From Blastocystis sp. ATCC 50177/Nand II (taxonomy: Eukaryota): DNA of 64,000 bases. A program made the position numbers and the translations under genes. The DNA is taken from positions 930,001 to 994,000 of the forward strand of contig JBBPEE010000035.1 of assembly GCA_039096935.1 (NCBI GenBank). The letters run 5' to 3'. The notes under the pieces are model-generated. The model saw nothing but the letters and a program-made list of their open reading frames with translations, was not told the origin of the DNA and made no database searches. Numbering within the stretch: position 1 is the stretch's first letter; each line of letters starts with the position of its first letter. Positions 60,805 to 64,000 of the stretch are shown piece by piece.

Positions 60805-63144
60805 TTACACCAAGAAGACGATGATGATCGCAACCACGCCCAGGACGGAAATGGAGCCCACCAGGGACTGGCCCAGGAAGGCGTCCGACGCGATCTTCTT
60901 CTGGAACGGCGTCAGGTTCTTGATGCAGCACTTTCGCAGCTTGTTCGGAATCGACTTGTAGCTGCTCGCAGTGCACAGCAGGCTGTTCAAACTGACCGAA
61001 ATGGTCGTCGGGTACAGGTCTACAGCTCACCCGCTTCCGCCGCGCGCACTTCGCATGATCACGAAGCCGCCGTTCGCCATCACGTTGTCCTCGATCTCCA
61101 AATCCTGCAGCCCGGGCAGATCTACGCCTCACGCCGCTCCGCCGCCGCCACCCTGGATGGACATGTACTTCAGCGACGGGAAGCAGCCCTCGGGGATGTG
61201 CAGCTCGGTCATCTTGGGATTGTCTACGATCAACCCGCCCGCGCGACCGCACCCGTCATCACGAAGGTCTCGCAGTCCTCGAACAGGCCCTCGGGCAGCT
61301 CGAAGTTCTTCAGGCGCTTCAGGAAGGAGACCTCCAAGTGCTTGGTGCGCGGCATGGCGCCCTTGCCAATCGACAACGTCGCCAGGCGGCTGCAGCCCTC
61401 CACGCGGAAGCAGTACTTCTGGCAGGTGATGTCGGCCTCCTGCGGCAGGCCGGGGTACTCCTCGGGCAGGAACTGCACCGTGTCGCCGCTCTCCTCCACG
61501 TGCACGCGGTTCAGGTAGCCTACGCCTCACGCGGCGTCACAACACGCACTCAGCAGCACGAAGTACTCGCACTCCTTCAGCGCGCCCTTGCCGATCGTCA
61601 CCTCCTTCAGCGCCTGGCATTCTACGCCTCACGCGGCGTCGTCACACGCACTCAGCAGCACGAAGCGGTCCAGCTTCGAGAAGCTGCTGTCGCCAATCGC
61701 CAGCGCCTCCAGCTTCGGCAGATCTAAGCCTCACGCTTATATAACACGCCCACCGCACAGCGTCAGCTCCTCGTCGTCGATCGCGCGGAAGCACTTCTTA
61801 CCGAAGCGCAGCTGGCGCAGGTTGCCGCAGTCTACGCCTCACGCCAATAGAACACGCCCACTGATCAGGTAGATCTTGCGGCCCTTCTCGAAGCAGAAGT
61901 CGCCCAGTTCCAGCCGGCGCAGCTTCGTCAGGTCTACGCCTCACGCCCATATGACACACCCACCCTCGCAGATCAGCGTCAGCCCGCTGTGGAAGCAGCC
62001 CTCGCCGCAGACGATCTCCGTCAGCTCCGGCATCGCCGTGAAGTCCACGTCCTCCATGTCGATGAAGTTGCTCCCGCCGAACGTCAGCGACCGCAGCTCG
62101 CTCACTACGGTTCAAAAACGGGGGATCCCCCACGCGCCAGCTTCCAGGTGGAGGCCTTCTGGAAGGCGTTCTCGCCGAAGGCCAGCGAGATCAGCGAGGT
62201 GTTGCGCGACATGTACAGCGCCTCGCCCTTCGAGAAGCAGTCGCGGCCCAGCGTCACGCTCTCCAGGTACTTGCAGCCTGTCGCTCAGCGCCCCTCGCCA
62301 CACCCACCAGCGATCTCCAGCTCCTCGCCCTCCAGCATCGCCGCGTCCTCGAAGGTCACGGCGGTCACGGAGCACCGCGAGATGGACAGCCGCGTCACCG
62401 CCTGCAGGCAGTGCTCGGGGAAGTCCAGCGTCGACAGGTCGCGCACCTCTACGTGTCAGCCGTCACAGGCACGGCTACTCTGGAAGACCAGTGTGGTGAG
62501 GCCGGGGCAGGCGCCCTCCTCGGGGGTCACCTCGTCGACGGAGCAGTCTACGGGTCAGGCGGGGCGGGCAGACGCACTGTCGAACACCAGCGTCGTAATG
62601 GACTCGGGCAGCGCCGCTGGCAGGGTCAGGGAGTGGAATACGTGGCCGGAGAACACCACCGTCTGCAGGGACTCGATGTCGCTGAGGCTGCTCAGGAACT
62701 CGCCCAGCAGCTCGCCGCTGTCCTCGATGTGGTAATCGTCCGTGCCTAGGATCGAGGGCAGTAGATGGTACTACCCGCGACAACCAGCTTCTTCACGACA
62801 CACTCGTCCTTGCTGAAGCCCTGGGCGATCGCCTCCAGCGCGTCATTGTCCATCGCTAGGGGTGAACGGTGGGAATAGTCGGCACAGACGACGGCCTCCT
62901 TGCGGAGCAGCGCTTCGGCGAAGGACTCGGCGTCATGTCTACGAATGAGCCGCCGAACGAGCGGTGCTACACAGGGACGGCGGAGTCCACGTTCACCGTC
63001 ACGGTGATGCCGGCAGAATCTTTTTCCTTATCAACTACCGCATTATCGCCCAACCCAGCATAGCGCACCCGTTTTTGCAGCCGCCGGCGACTTTGATTTG
63101 CGAGAGTACTCTTCCGCGCTCCGAGGAGACTTTGATGGGGCCAT
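60805..63144 (-). CDS. BspA-like leucine-rich repeat protein with a C-terminal TM anchor, many exons
   Basis: Repeats such as LxxLxIGKGA/F on separate exons; C-terminal SLVGSISVLGVVAIIIVFLV*. The start is inferred. Confidence 0.7.
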
Positions 63145-63567
63145 TTGCAATAATCCTACCAGGCGGTCAGAATCCTGTCCCAAACAGCACCACACTCCCT
63201 AGTAGCGCAACTACTCACAATCTTAGACAATAAACGTCGAATCGTGTAAGAACTGGCGAACAAGAACACATCAGGGATGAGCCCATTTCATAAAACCGCC
63301 CGTAATTCGCGGATCCCCGCGATTCTTCTCACTCCTGTTTATCTTCATCATGCGGCCGTCGCGCCACGTACACACTGTCGCAAACATCCCTTCAACGCGA
63401 GCGGAGAAGATTTCGTGTTGGATTCGGATGATGGCGAAGCACAGCAGGGGACGCTGCTCCTTATGGTTCACCTCTCCCGAATCGAGCGTCCCTTCGGACC
63501 AGAACCGATGCATTTCCTGCGATCTCTTTCTCTTCCGATTAAGCCGTCTCTCGTGTTCTGTCGTTTC

Positions 63568-64000
63568 ATGTCAGCCTCCGTATTGATCAATGGTGTATCT
63601 GTGCCCATTACGGCGAGTTGCGATTGCGACCTCGAGGAGGTGCTGCGCTCTCCCAACTTCGTCAACTGGACGAAGAAGGTGGATTCGAGACTGCTGGTGA
63701 AGTCCATCGACGTGCAGAGCGTGGATATGTTTGGAAACGGAAGGATCGGCTTCATCAAATTCAAATCTCTCGTCTACAAGAGCTCCTTCCCCAACGGACG
63801 CCACATCCCGGGGATCGTGTTCATGCGCGGTCCTTCCGTCGGCATCCTGCTGGTGCTGAACTGCAACGGGAAAAAGTACACGATCCTCACCTGCCAGCCC
63901 CGCTTCCCCATCGCCGACTCCGCCTTCACGGAAATACCCGCCGGCGTGTTTGACGGCGAAGTCTTCTCCGGCGTTGCAGCGAAGGAGCTCAAGGAGGAGG
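63568..64000 (+). CDS. Nudix hydrolase, ADP-sugar pyrophosphatase-like (partial)
   Basis: VQSVDMFG..RIGFIKF, PGIVFMRGPSVGIL, and EIPAGVFD...VAAKELKEE (start of the Nudix box). Confidence 0.88.
   Translation, partial: MSASVLINGVSVPITASCDCDLEEVLRSPNFVNWTKKVDSRLLVKSIDVQSVDMFGNGRIGFIKFKSLVYKSSFPNGRHIPGIVFMRGPSVGILLVLNCNGKKYTILTCQPRFPIADSAFTEIPAGVFDGEVFSGVAAKELKEE

Overview
This is a gene-dense eukaryotic nuclear window, very probably from the stramenopile gut protist Blastocystis. That assignment is inferred from the ~30-nt introns, very short intergenic spacers and a TGTTTGTT element at gene 3' ends. I count about 35 protein-coding genes, including calnexin, eIF1, INCENP-like, ISWI, cystinosin, a Tim17-family protein, Rab-GDI, an OSR1/SPAK-like kinase, a PPR protein, PPIL4, two DUF1295 paralogs, Rpt2, Scc2/NIPBL, RPL13, TAD3, mitochondrial IF2, a radical SAM/SPASM enzyme, sHSP, SKP1, Rad21/Rec8, a bromodomain protein, DDX59, glycine decarboxylase P and a Nudix hydrolase. 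The window also holds one tRNA-Ala(UGC) and a complete pogo-like DNA transposon with perfect 46-bp TIRs and a TA duplication. The most notable signals are: four very short minor-spliceosome (U12) introns, one AT-AA and one inside an archaeal-type radical SAM gene; about nine genes whose stop codon is probably completed by polyadenylation; back-to-back poly(A) elements between convergent genes; a modular pseudokinase/MORN/LRR family with repeat-sized symmetric exons; and an unnamed two-TM Cys-rich family. Gene ends and exon boundaries were inferred by eye and no database searches were run.
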